The notes: a model not told the origin generated them from the sequence alone. A stretch of 64,000 nt of DNA from a virus (IMGVR_UViG_2593339199_000002:35905-99904), one strand, 5' to 3'. Counted from the stretch's first letter, positions 1 to 8,894 are shown. A program made the numbers and translations.

Positions 1-138
1 GTGCTGCTCGGCTATGTGTACCACAATTCGGCTATCTGGTTCAACGGCATGAACCTGGGACGCGTACACTTCACCACTGGCCGCAACCTGTCCGATAAAT
101 CGGTAGCCATTGCAGCAACTCACATTCAACTTGCTTAA
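1..138 (+). CDS. Small hypothetical protein, probably 5'-truncated by the window
   Basis: Frame 1 open to TAA at 136-138, followed by a GC hairpin at ~151-173. Confidence 0.5.
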   Translation: MLLGYVYHNSAIWFNGMNLGRVHFTTGRNLSDKSVAIAATHIQLA

Positions 139-563
139 TCATTGATGCATGGGGAGGGCACTGTCTCTCCCCCACCCTTCGGGTATGCATACAGCTGATA
201 AGTCATCGCTGCACCTGCGTCACGCATGAGCCTCGCCAAGAGCATACAACCTCACCTCTGCCCCATCGGCATCCCACATGCCCATGCCTGTCCCATGACC
301 ATACCCATGCGAACACGATGCGGCCACCTCCACCCTGTCAACTTGGGGTAACTCAGCAATCTTTGCCCAGCGACATGACACCATGCCCAGAGGGGGCCAC
401 AGCAGGTTCGTTCCCGCTTCATGTGTCCAGCTCACCGAGCATCCTGGGGTTGAAAATTGGAAATTCGCATCCCGCTTCTGCATCCGGATGATCGTGCTTC
501 TTTATGGCCATGATGCTGATATGATCATGCCTTCGGATAGGTGCGATGAGACACGCTAGAGGG

Positions 564-584
564 GCGCCTGACGGCGCTGTTCAT
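564..584 (+). promoter_or_regulatory. TGAC-loop hairpin motif copy 1
   Basis: GCGCC-TGAC-GGCGC-TG-TTCAT. Confidence 0.8.
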
Positions 585-640
585 CTCGATGTATCATTCG
601 TGCATCAAGAAGCTATTGACGCTATACGTGGCACAGGAGA

Positions 641-661
641 GCGGCTGACGCCGCATTTCAT
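641..661 (+). promoter_or_regulatory. TGAC-loop hairpin motif copy 2
   Basis: GCGGC-TGAC-GCCGC-AT-TTCAT. Confidence 0.8.
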
Positions 662-698
662 CTTGAGGCTAAACTACGTGCAAGGAGAGATGTTTATC

Positions 699-1079
699 AT
701 GCAAGCGACTGTTAATGCGACTATTACCGAGATCAATAAGCTCACCTGGAAGGTTGAAGGCGTGCATACGGTTTATGTGCGTGCAATCCGTGATGCTGTG
801 GATCCATGGTTCAACTACTATATCCTTGATTCCTTGGAATCTGAACGTGTCCTGCATTCTGTTGATGACCATGATTCCTTCCCTGATGATCAGGCGATGA
901 ATGAGGCACTTGCATGGGCAGTGCTCTATGCAGAAGGTGGTATCGAGGACGATAGCATCAATGAAAGTGCTACGTGCGAGGAAGGCGACATGGACGATTA
1001 CGATGCTCGTGAGGAAGGTCCCTTCGGTGGTGCCTTTGCTGACTGGGATGATTACTATCGTTACATTGGTGCTATCTAG
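699..1079 (+). CDS. Acidic hypothetical protein
   Basis: AAGGAG RBS at 682-687; start 690 or 699; D/E-rich C-terminus. Confidence 0.7.
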   Translation: MQATVNATITEINKLTWKVEGVHTVYVRAIRDAVDPWFNYYILDSLESERVLHSVDDHDSFPDDQAMNEALAWAVLYAEGGIEDDSINESATCEEGDMDDYDAREEGPFGGAFADWDDYYRYIGAI

Positions 1080-1102
1080 TATCTATGCTCTAGTATCTAT
1101 GC
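1075..1102 (+). repeat. 14-nt tandem duplication TCTAGTATCTATGC x2
   Basis: Seen directly, overlapping the stop codon. Confidence 0.8.
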
Positions 1103-1137
1103 TCTCTATATGCTTCATGCGTATAGGGAGCTTCTTT
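1101..1137 (+). terminator. Intrinsic terminator
   Basis: GCTCTCTATATGC/GCGTATAGGGAGC stem plus T-rich tail. Confidence 0.6.
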
Positions 1138-1173
1138 CCTTTCCCGCTCCCCCGCTTGCCCCTGCTGTGATGG

Positions 1174-1194
1174 GCGTCTGACGCCGCTCTTCAT
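1174..1194 (+). promoter_or_regulatory. TGAC-loop hairpin motif copy 3
   Basis: GCGTC-TGAC-GCCGC-TC-TTCAT (one stem mismatch). Confidence 0.7.
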
Positions 1195-1255
1195 CATGAT
1201 CGATCAAAATCGTCCATCCTTCCCCCTTCCTATTTCCTCTGAATGGAGGCTTGTT

Positions 1256-1552
1256 ATGAAACCGAATCAACCTGATGCGCTGGCTTTGTTCAGCAGCATC
1301 GTGCGTTTAATGCAGATGAGCGAAACGAATGAGGTGCCTATCGCTACATGCCATGCTATGCATTTGGAGTTTACGAATGACCGTATGTGCTATGACGAAG
1401 CAGTTGCTCTTATGGATATGCTTGTTGCTCGTAACTATCTATCTGTGCGTGTTGGGCAATGGGGAGTCAAGATGTTGTCTCCTACTTCTTATGGACATGA
1501 GCGATTAGCTTTGTATTCCTCTCCCGCTTCCCCGCCGCCCCTTCGGTCTTGA
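1256..1552 (+). CDS. Hypothetical protein, possible winged helix
   Basis: GGAGG RBS; ORF. Confidence 0.65.
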   Translation: MKPNQPDALALFSSIVRLMQMSETNEVPIATCHAMHLEFTNDRMCYDEAVALMDMLVARNYLSVRVGQWGVKMLSPTSYGHERLALYSSPASPPPLRS

Positions 1553-1553
1553 T

Positions 1554-1574
1554 ATGCCTGACGGCATGATGCAT
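1554..1574 (+). promoter_or_regulatory. TGAC-loop hairpin motif copy 4
   Basis: ATGCC-TGAC-GGCAT-GA-TGCAT, right after a stop codon. Confidence 0.75.
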
Positions 1575-1608
1575 TCCGATGAATAATCCCTACGTGGAGG
1601 TATGCTTG

Positions 1609-1818
1609 ATGAAACTTGAAAATATGCAGTCCCATGCGGATGCCCTTAATAATACGATTGCAAGCACATGCGACTATTGCGGTGCATGTGATACGTGTGC
1701 TGAATACATCTATCTTACGCAAGACATCGCTTTTGAGAAGCAGGTGCAGCGTGCTCCTTCTCATGTTCGCCTCGATCTCCGTCGGTCATATCATGAATCA
1801 GATTGGGTTCTTCTATAA
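1609..1818 (+). CDS. Small Cys-rich hypothetical protein
   Basis: GGAGG RBS; CDYCGACDTC. Confidence 0.6.
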   Translation: MKLENMQSHADALNNTIASTCDYCGACDTCAEYIYLTQDIAFEKQVQRAPSHVRLDLRRSYHESDWVLL

Positions 1819-1839
1819 GTGCCTGACGGCATGATTCAT
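1819..1839 (+). promoter_or_regulatory. TGAC-loop hairpin motif copy 5
   Basis: GTGCC-TGAC-GGCAT-GA-TTCAT, right after a stop codon. Confidence 0.8.
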
Positions 1840-1947
1840 TGTGATGTAATGTGCTACAATGTGCACATGGGCATATCTGATTATTAAGTTTCATCCGTAT
1901 TGCTTATTGCCTGATTATCATCCAGTACATAATGTGAGGTGATTGGC

Positions 1948-2133
1948 ATGGAGATTAATATGTATTCTGTTTCCGCCGATATGGATGCATCTGATTTGCA
2001 TACCGCTGCAATGCCGTATGGTCAAGCGAAGTTTATGTACGATCGCTGGAAGGCTGATCCGGAAGTGTTCAACGTTATTATGTATCGGCATGAAGGCGAC
2101 AAGAAGATCATGCTTGGACCAAGTGAGGTTTAA
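1948..2133 (+). CDS. Hypothetical protein
   Basis: GAGGTG RBS; ORF. Confidence 0.55.
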   Translation: MEINMYSVSADMDASDLHTAAMPYGQAKFMYDRWKADPEVFNVIMYRHEGDKKIMLGPSEV

Positions 2134-2135
2134 TT

Positions 2136-2384
2136 GTGGAGCTCGTTTCTGAATACTGTCATGTGCGTCAATCGTTTATGCTGCATGATATCGAGGTGCG
2201 TGTTGGTGACTATGTAGGTTTTACCTATACTTCTCCTACTTCCTCTACTCGGATATTAGGCTATGTTCATGGCTTTGATCTTTCCGCCGGCCTGATGTTT
2301 GTGATCATCTCTGGGAAGCATGCTGTGTATGGGTATTCCTTGGACCAGGTGAAGGATCTTTACTTTCCAGAGGAGGACGAATAG
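2136..2384 (+). CDS. Hypothetical protein
   Basis: GAGGT RBS; tightly coupled to neighbours. Confidence 0.6.
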   Translation: MELVSEYCHVRQSFMLHDIEVRVGDYVGFTYTSPTSSTRILGYVHGFDLSAGLMFVIISGKHAVYGYSLDQVKDLYFPEEDE

Positions 2385-2399
2385 TTGGGTAGGCATCAA

Positions 2400-2678
2400 A
2401 TGCGTAAGAAACTCCGTCATGGCGGAGAGTTATCCATTTTCTCATGGATCGGCCTGCTGGTTTTTGCATGCATCGCTTTATCGTTTCATGCAACGCGCCT
2501 CGTTTTTATCAGCTTATTCGGAAGCATATTGATTTGCACGCTACTAGAGAAGCTGTATAAACGTGCGTTTCGCAAGGATCCCCCTCAAGCTCTCTTCTAT
2601 ACGTTATTGGTTTTATGCGCGGTTGGACTTGCGATTGCGTATATGGTGATTACGGATATGGATTCCTTGTTTTTGTAG
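2400..2678 (+). CDS. Small membrane protein
   Basis: Three hydrophobic segments; start 2385 or 2400. Confidence 0.6.
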   Translation: MRKKLRHGGELSIFSWIGLLVFACIALSFHATRLVFISLFGSILICTLLEKLYKRAFRKDPPQALFYTLLVLCAVGLAIAYMVITDMDSLFL

Positions 2679-2681
2679 CTG

Positions 2682-2720
2682 AGTCACACTGCTCTTATCT
2701 AGGGCAGTGTGACTTTTTTT
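2682..2720 (+). terminator. Intrinsic terminator
   Basis: AGTCACACTGC/GCAGTGTGACT plus T run. Confidence 0.8.
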
Positions 2721-2763
2721 ATTCCCGCGCCCTCCCCCATTAATCGTGAAAGGTTGTGACCAC

Positions 2764-2973
2764 ATGAACATGAAACACCTGAAGGATCATGGCGTCTATA
2801 TCGGCTTCTACCGGGAGCATGGTTTCGTCTATGGTATCCCCAATGGCCAATTCGACCCTGTTACAAGAGAGAAACGTTTCAGCTTCTATGGGCTGCATAA
2901 TGGCAAGATCAATCATATCCGCAAGGATCAGCTTCATACGTTATTTACCGAAGAGGTTCTTACGGCCGGTTAG
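2764..2973 (+). CDS. Hypothetical protein
   Basis: ORF with AAGGTTG RBS. Confidence 0.5.
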   Translation: MNMKHLKDHGVYIGFYREHGFVYGIPNGQFDPVTREKRFSFYGLHNGKINHIRKDQLHTLFTEEVLTAG

Positions 2974-3050
2974 GACTATACGTTGCATTGATAGAGTGGT
3001 AAAATGTCCCTATGTCTTTTTGCCTATACTTTAATTGGGAGATGTTTAGT

Positions 3051-3404
3051 TTGAAATTCAAGATGATCGCGGCTGCTGCATTGGCGGCTGTATTGCTTGC
3101 GGGTTGTACGTCCAGAGAGGATAAAGCGGAGCAGTTCGCTATTGATGGCCTTATTGACTTCAATCACGGCGACGTGGAATCCTTCACCGTAGAAAGCTCC
3201 GGTATCGATCGGGATGATTACCTGATGACACGCTATCGATTCTATGGCACCGTCGTCTATAAGGGTAAGACGATACATAATGCATTTGCGATCGCCCAGT
3301 ACAATAAAACCACCGACGATCCCCGCTGGGCCTTTGGTGGATGTAACTGTGTCCAGCTCGAAGAAGCTTACGAGTCCGGAAACAGCACTGCAAGTAACCG
3401 TTAA
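3051..3404 (+). CDS. Lipoprotein
   Basis: Signal peptide with LLAGC lipobox. Confidence 0.75.
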   Translation: MKFKMIAAAALAAVLLAGCTSREDKAEQFAIDGLIDFNHGDVESFTVESSGIDRDDYLMTRYRFYGTVVYKGKTIHNAFAIAQYNKTTDDPRWAFGGCNCVQLEEAYESGNSTASNR

Positions 3405-3420
3405 GGCTGGGTGTATAATC

Positions 3421-3696
3421 ATGACGGAACAGCAACGCATTTCCCTCGATGTTTTCCGCGCCCTGGCTTTTCTTTGCCGTTCGCTATATCCCCTTTACGA
3501 TGGTGTGAACCGGTATGCATGGCGACAGCAGCATCTGCTTGATGGTACAGTAAGCATTAGCCATGATGACTTCGGTAAGATTGTTTATTCCCTCGTTACA
3601 CATGGCTATGTGGAATACCATGCAGGCAAAGGCTTGTATCGTCCTGCTACTACAGCCATTCAGCGTATGGAGGAGATCGATTCTGGAGCTCATTGA
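3421..3696 (+). CDS. Hypothetical protein, possible winged helix
   Basis: ORF; LVTHGYVEY pattern. Confidence 0.55.
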   Translation: MTEQQRISLDVFRALAFLCRSLYPLYDGVNRYAWRQQHLLDGTVSISHDDFGKIVYSLVTHGYVEYHAGKGLYRPATTAIQRMEEIDSGAH

Positions 3697-3979
3697 GTCA
3701 TACTTGGCCTTTATCCCCGGCGAGCTATACTACTTCGTTTGTGACAATATTGCCTATCGTGCTGTATACGTGAACTCGTTTGATGAGAATGATGGTGTGC
3801 CTTGCGGATTGCATCATCGCTTCTCCCCGTGCCTCCAGTTCGACGTGGGCCAGGACTATATGATCGGCAAGCAGTCGGTCATGTTCTTTCTCACGTTTCA
3901 GCTGCAGCAATGCTACATGGTTTCGCGGCCAAATGAATGGGAGCCCTATATCAAGCGACTATACGGAAGGTATGGCTAG
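3683..3979 (+). CDS. Hypothetical protein
   Basis: GGAGGAG RBS; start uncertain. Confidence 0.45.
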   Translation: MELIESYLAFIPGELYYFVCDNIAYRAVYVNSFDENDGVPCGLHHRFSPCLQFDVGQDYMIGKQSVMFFLTFQLQQCYMVSRPNEWEPYIKRLYGRYG

Positions 3980-4458
3980 GAGGAATCTGCTTGGAACTTG
4001 CGTCTGTCTATATAAGCATCAGCAGCTATGTCATTGGTGCGAATTATCATTTCCTCTTTTACGGCGCCCCTACTGCGGGCCGGCTGGAACGTGTCGATGG
4101 TCCATGCTTATATTTCAGCAATGTCTCCATGCATCATGAGGCTGAGGAATATGAGCTGATCCCTTCGGATTGCTTCCATCTTGATACGATTACGGAGCTG
4201 GAGATGATCGGCGATCTTCCTATCGATTACGGCCTGATCCGCGGAGATTTCTATCGTTTTGTGCATGCCGGCTACATCTACGAAGGCGTGTATACGCGCG
4301 AGCAGAATCGCAATGGCATGGTTATGTACGAGTTTCGGAAGCTGCTCTGCACGGATAAGGATGAGCGGACATCCAGCATGCAGACGTGTACCTTCTTCCC
4401 TCATGAGCTATTAAGTCTTACGCATCTTGGGGCGGCCCGTCCGAAGCCATATATCTGA
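3937..4458 (+). CDS. Hypothetical protein
   Basis: ORF; the true start is probably downstream of AGGAGG at ~3978. Confidence 0.55.
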   Translation: MGALYQATIRKVWLGGICLELASVYISISSYVIGANYHFLFYGAPTAGRLERVDGPCLYFSNVSMHHEAEEYELIPSDCFHLDTITELEMIGDLPIDYGLIRGDFYRFVHAGYIYEGVYTREQNRNGMVMYEFRKLLCTDKDERTSSMQTCTFFPHELLSLTHLGAARPKPYI

Positions 4459-4469
4459 ATACGAAAGGT

Positions 4470-4727
4470 TTGAATGATATGGAAGGCATTGGTCTCTTCC
4501 TAGCGATCGTAGCATGGATCGCCTTTATTTGTATTGTCGCTTCGGCCCGCCAGGGTCGTAACTTCGAAGTTATGAAGCCATGGATTCTGATGATCGGCAG
4601 CGCGACGTATTTCTTCTGCGGCCCGTTTCTGCTCGTGGTTAATGGCTGGTGGATCATAATGATCATCGGCGGAGGCATCTGGGGCTTGATCTATTTCATC
4701 AAATCTTCATCGAGAGGAAGTCGTTAA
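4470..4727 (+). CDS. Small membrane protein
   Basis: Hydrophobic segments. Confidence 0.6.
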   Translation: MNDMEGIGLFLAIVAWIAFICIVASARQGRNFEVMKPWILMIGSATYFFCGPFLLVVNGWWIIMIIGGGIWGLIYFIKSSSRGSR

Positions 4728-4728
4728 T

Positions 4729-4983
4729 ATGTGCGCATGTGGAACTCCGTTTCCTGTTGATTGCGATTGCCGTCCGGACTATGGGTATATCCCTGCTCAT
4801 CTGGATGCACGCGCAGATTTTGATTGGCATGCTCCTGAGCCTACGGATCACTTCTCCGAAGATGATGTAACGCCTGCCATCTTCCACGCCGCCTCATTGT
4901 TGGAGCAGCCGGCTGAAGATCCTTCGTTCTGCACATGCGGACTCGGCATTCAGCACCAGGACTGCTTCTGTCTCCCCTTCTAG
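4729..4983 (+). CDS. Small Cys-rich acidic protein
   Basis: Repeated CxC motifs; GAGG RBS. Confidence 0.55.
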   Translation: MCACGTPFPVDCDCRPDYGYIPAHLDARADFDWHAPEPTDHFSEDDVTPAIFHAASLLEQPAEDPSFCTCGLGIQHQDCFCLPF

Positions 4984-5021
4984 TAATAGATCGTGTATCA
5001 TGATGCTATGGGGGTTGAGAG

Positions 5022-5498
5022 ATGGCAGATTGGTATTTGGAAGATATTCATGGAGTACGACATAAAGCAGTCATCGCAGCTATGCAGCCTAATCAAGCCG
5101 CTAAAGCAAGATGGACGAAGGGCCTCAGCTGGCACAGGGAGCTCAAGGCAACGGACCGAGAAACATTCGTCCTTATTGACGATGCTACTGGCACCGCTCA
5201 AGGTGCCATTTCCCTGTCCGATGCTGGGGATCACGTCTACATACATTTGCTTGAGAATGCGCCACATAATCGCTCTGTTGCAAATCCAAGGCAATTTGTG
5301 AATGTATCACGGATCCTTATTGGTTTTGCCGGAGCAATCAGTAACTCCTTCGGATACGAGGGCTTCTTGGCTTTGACACCAAAGTCGTCGTTGGAGGATT
5401 ATTATGCCCGCCTGTTCAAGGCTTTCCCGCTTCCCGATCGTAAGATGGGCATACATGGTGTTGTCTCAAATCACTGGTACAGGGTATACTATACGTAG
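5022..5498 (+). CDS. GNAT-fold acetyltransferase-like protein
   Basis: VYIHLLENAPHN ... GFLALTPK ... LEDYY pattern. Confidence 0.55.
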   Translation: MADWYLEDIHGVRHKAVIAAMQPNQAAKARWTKGLSWHRELKATDRETFVLIDDATGTAQGAISLSDAGDHVYIHLLENAPHNRSVANPRQFVNVSRILIGFAGAISNSFGYEGFLALTPKSSLEDYYARLFKAFPLPDRKMGIHGVVSNHWYRVYYT

Positions 5499-5512
5499 AA
5501 GGGCGTGATCTT

Positions 5513-5758
5513 ATGGCGCGTAAAATATTGCACGGTGTCCAAAATGCGAAAGGACAACCTATTCGAGTAACGGTTGGAACTGCTCGTGTAAAAGAGACAA
5601 TCGTTGATCTTGAAAGGCTTGAGATGATTGACCCTCGTGGTATCCATACGGATCCAAGTGGTCGCGATGGCCATACGCCTGAATCTCGGGCAGCTATGAC
5701 CGAGTTCATCCGTAAATGTAAATCCGGCGAAATTGAAATGAAACCAATCGAACTATAG
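5513..5758 (+). CDS. Small protein paired with the GNAT gene
   Basis: ORF followed by a terminator. Confidence 0.65.
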   Translation: MARKILHGVQNAKGQPIRVTVGTARVKETIVDLERLEMIDPRGIHTDPSGRDGHTPESRAAMTEFIRKCKSGEIEMKPIEL

Positions 5759-5768
5759 TATTTCCTTG

Positions 5769-5798
5769 AAGCACTCACATTATGTGGGTGCTTTTTTT
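5769..5798 (+). terminator. Intrinsic terminator
   Basis: AAGCACTCACAT/ATGTGGGTGCTT plus T run. Confidence 0.8.
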
Positions 5799-5857
5799 GT
5801 TGTCCAAAATGCCTCCATCGGGCAGGCAGCTGAGACTTAATACCACTGGAGGTATTG

Positions 5858-6130
5858 ATGATGATTACGAAACATAAAATGCCCATCGCCGTTATTGGCC
5901 TGCTTATCCTATTCTCCGCGGTCATCTGGCGCAACGTGCAGTCTGATTTCAACAATGTCACCTGGAAGCAATACATAGTCGGATCCGGCGACACCATGTG
6001 GAGCATTGCGCAAACGTCAACGGTGGATACAAATACGCGCGACATTGTTGCGGTCATGCAGGACTATAACGAGATGCATAACGTTAATCTTCATCCCGGT
6101 GATGTAATCTTGGTCCCGATGTCCAAATAA
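5858..6130 (+). CDS. Membrane-anchored LysM protein (YneA-like architecture)
   Basis: N-terminal TM, then YIVGSGDTMWSIA...N...LHPGDVILVP. Confidence 0.8.
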   Translation: MMITKHKMPIAVIGLLILFSAVIWRNVQSDFNNVTWKQYIVGSGDTMWSIAQTSTVDTNTRDIVAVMQDYNEMHNVNLHPGDVILVPMSK

Positions 6131-6148
6131 CCTGACGGCTCGATTATT
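6128..6148 (+). promoter_or_regulatory. TGAC-loop hairpin motif copy 6 (degenerate)
   Basis: TAACC-TGAC-GGCTC-GA-TTATT; weak stem. Confidence 0.5.
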
Positions 6149-6177
6149 TACGATATTAATTTCGGAGGTTGATATTC

Positions 6178-6615
6178 ATGCATATTAAATTGACATGTTG
6201 TTTCGAATGCGGCCCGACCAGGCTGATCCCGCCCCATCTTACTAATAACGAGATCAATTGGATTCGGTGTGCCGGCTGCCGCGAGAAAAATCGGGCGTTC
6301 TATCGCGACTTCTGGAGCGAATATGTTGATGCCATGAATAATGGAGATCGTTTAGTTGATGACGGTCGTATTGTTGCTCGCATCAATGGTGAGCATTACG
6401 TGATCGGATTCGAAGATGAAAAAGGCTATTTCCGCGGTCACGGCGGTAACACTTTCGTCCTTCGGTTTACGAGCGGTCCGCACGCCGGACAGACCTATCG
6501 CACGACGAATCTCTGGGCTCAAGGCAAGATCAGCCATGGGTTCGAGAAGATCCTCACAGATAATGCTGTCTTCGTGCCGCAGGTCTTTGCCTCACTTCTT
6601 GAGGCGCTGGCCTGA
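6178..6615 (+). CDS. Hypothetical phage-type protein with two CxxC motifs
   Basis: GGAGG RBS; its TGA stop is the loop of motif copy 7. Confidence 0.7.
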   Translation: MHIKLTCCFECGPTRLIPPHLTNNEINWIRCAGCREKNRAFYRDFWSEYVDAMNNGDRLVDDGRIVARINGEHYVIGFEDEKGYFRGHGGNTFVLRFTSGPHAGQTYRTTNLWAQGKISHGFEKILTDNAVFVPQVFASLLEALA

Positions 6616-6628
6616 CGGCCTATTTCAT
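6608..6628 (+). promoter_or_regulatory. TGAC-loop hairpin motif copy 7
   Basis: TGGCC-TGAC-GGCCT-AT-TTCAT. Confidence 0.75.
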
Positions 6629-6725
6629 TTTAACATGCGGGCCCCTTCCCGCACTGTAGCATGGTAGTGCCATGCCTGATGATGGCTTCTCTAAGCCGAA
6701 ACAGTAATGCAAGGGGCTGGTCAAT

Positions 6726-6953
6726 ATAGATAAAAAGATCAAAAAGACAAAGCTGTCCCTGGACGATCGCCTGTACATTCTTCAGACGAATCTCCTCCCG
6801 CCTGAGTTACGAATCAAGCTACACCAGGCTGATACCTTGTATTTTCAAAATCAGGACGAACGTGCTGCCGCTCTCATAGCAGAGATCGAGGAATCCTGTC
6901 GTGAGAAGGGCATCACTTTGCATCGCCCCCCATTCTTTCCACTTGGAGACTAA
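6726..6953 (+). CDS. Hypothetical 75-aa protein with probable ATA start (absent from ORF track)
   Basis: AAGGGG RBS, in-frame TAA at 6705 upstream, open frame IDKKIKKTKLSLDDR... fills the gap. Confidence 0.45.
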   Translation: MDKKIKKTKLSLDDRLYILQTNLLPPELRIKLHQADTLYFQNQDERAAALIAEIEESCREKGITLHRPPFFPLGD

Positions 6954-7137
6954 TACATATGCGTGAAATTATTTTGGTTCGTGTAGTTAATGAGGGTAAA
7001 CCTCGTCCGCGTTTAGCTTTGCCTGCTCTCCCTCCTATTCAACCGTTGAAGCTTCTTCCCCGCAATCCGCAGTCTAAACTGTTTGCGTACCAACCAAGCG
7101 ACAACTCTCATATTGGCCAACTAATCGATCTGAAAGG

Positions 7138-7323
7138 ATGATTCTCATGATACAACGATTCTTTATTCGTCCGGCCGGCGCCGACTTCGCGATCATTGTG
7201 GTCGTGGACGGCGCGGAGCAGGAAGTCGAGCGCGGCGGCAAACCTCTGATCAGAGGCAAGTTCCTCCACTATGTGAAGGATCGGAATGCCCTTATTGAGA
7301 AAGTGGGGGCTGTTGCATCATGA
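7138..7323 (+). CDS. Hypothetical protein
   Basis: AAAGGA RBS; ORF. Confidence 0.5.
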   Translation: MILMIQRFFIRPAGADFAIIVVVDGAEQEVERGGKPLIRGKFLHYVKDRNALIEKVGAVAS

Positions 7324-7875
7324 AGTGGAAATGGCGCATTGGGATCGGGCTTCTACTCCTGTTCACGATGCGCTTCTGGTTGCATTGGATACTCTTGCTG
7401 GGCCTGATCTTCATGATCGGCTGCATTGTCATCAAAGTTCTTGGCGATGCCCACGAACTGCTCGGTTTTATCAGGCGCAAGCGATGACGCTTCTCCCTTG
7501 CCCCCTCCAATGACCATACTATGAGTCCCCCCGAAGGGGGCAATGCCGTCCGCTAAATGGACAGACTCCGTGCAACCTATGTAAGTATGTATCATGGAAA
7601 TGATCGACCAATCAGTGTTACTTGATTGACTGTCATGCGGCTTTATTCCATAGTGGAACATGCATCTTGTCATGGATCATGTTTCTTTGGGCTCCTGCCC
7701 TTTTTCCAATTCTGGAATCTTGTTGCATGATTCCTTGATTCTTGGTGGTCTGACATGATGCTTGATTAAAAGTGCCACTATATATATTACATAGTGGCAA
7801 ACTTGGGGTATTTGAACCCCAGTTTTCTTCCAATTGATGATTTCACATAATTGTCACATGTTGTTCGTATTTGTT

Positions 7876-7896
7876 CTGGCTGACGCCAAGGTTCAT
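7876..7896 (+). promoter_or_regulatory. TGAC-loop hairpin motif copy 8
   Basis: CTGGC-TGAC-GCCAA-GG-TTCAT. Confidence 0.75.
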
Positions 7897-7914
7897 TTTG
7901 GAGGTGGTTATCCC

Positions 7915-8448
7915 ATGTTCGTCGTACAATATCGCGATCATACGTCCTTCGATGAACTCCGTGTGGATCTGGCGCAGACTGAATCAGATTTGAACAGCTT
8001 TTGGCACCATGACGCATCGGTAATCTCAATTCAGCATGTCTGGGAGATTCCAGATGATGCGCAGTTATTTCGCCTGATTGTTGCAGGCAGCCGTGACTTC
8101 AACGACTATCCCCTACTCCGCTCCAAGCTGGACTTCTTTCTCCAGCATCAGCCGTATACGATCATTGTGTCCGGCGCGGCCCGCGGTGCTGATTCGCTCG
8201 GTGAAGATTATGCTAAAGAACGCGGCTTGCCGATCGACCAGTTCCCTGCTGACTGGAATCCCCTCCACTTAAAAGGCAAGTTGGATCGCAGTGCAGGGTA
8301 TCGTCGGAACGAACAGATGGCGAAAGTTTCACAAGGGTGCGTTTGCTTCTGGGACGGAACTTCACGCGGCACCGAGCATATGATTAATCTCGCCAACAAA
8401 TACAAACTGCAGACCCGCGTGGTCAAATATGAGGAGGAGCTTGTTTGA
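7915..8448 (+). CDS. SLOG/YspA-like (DUF2493) nucleotide-binding protein
   Basis: LIVAGSRDF, IVSGAARGAD, AGYRRNEQM, FWDGTSRGT. Confidence 0.85.
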   Translation: MFVVQYRDHTSFDELRVDLAQTESDLNSFWHHDASVISIQHVWEIPDDAQLFRLIVAGSRDFNDYPLLRSKLDFFLQHQPYTIIVSGAARGADSLGEDYAKERGLPIDQFPADWNPLHLKGKLDRSAGYRRNEQMAKVSQGCVCFWDGTSRGTEHMINLANKYKLQTRVVKYEEELV

Positions 8449-8894
8449 AAGAGGTAGCGATCTATACTGATGGTGCGTGCAGCGGCAATCCCGGTCCTGG
8501 TGGCTGGGGTGCCGTTTTAATTTATGGCGATATTATCGGTAAATTTAACGGCTGCGAGGCATATTCCACGAATAATCGCATGGAGCTGATCGCCGTGATC
8601 CAAGCCCTTCGGTTACTGAATGAGCCCTGCCGCGTCCGGATTTACAGCGACTCTGCCTTCATCGTAAATTGTTTCAAGCACAAATGGCACGAGCATTGGG
8701 TGGCCCACAACTGGCGGAACACGCAAAAGCGCAAGGTTGAGCACCGCGAGCTATGGGAGCAGTTGCTCAACCTGAACAAGCTGCATCAAGTCACCTATCA
8801 TAAAGTCGACCGGGATGCCGGCGTGCAGCATAATGTAACCGCTGATCAGCTTGCACGAGAAGCCATCATTATGTATCGCAAGACAATTGCTTAA
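8445..8894 (+). CDS. rnhA: Ribonuclease HI
   Basis: YTDGACSGNPGPGGWG, TNNRMEL, YSDS, NxxADxLA. Confidence 0.92.
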   Translation: MKEVAIYTDGACSGNPGPGGWGAVLIYGDIIGKFNGCEAYSTNNRMELIAVIQALRLLNEPCRVRIYSDSAFIVNCFKHKWHEHWVAHNWRNTQKRKVEHRELWEQLLNLNKLHQVTYHKVDRDAGVQHNVTADQLAREAIIMYRKTIA

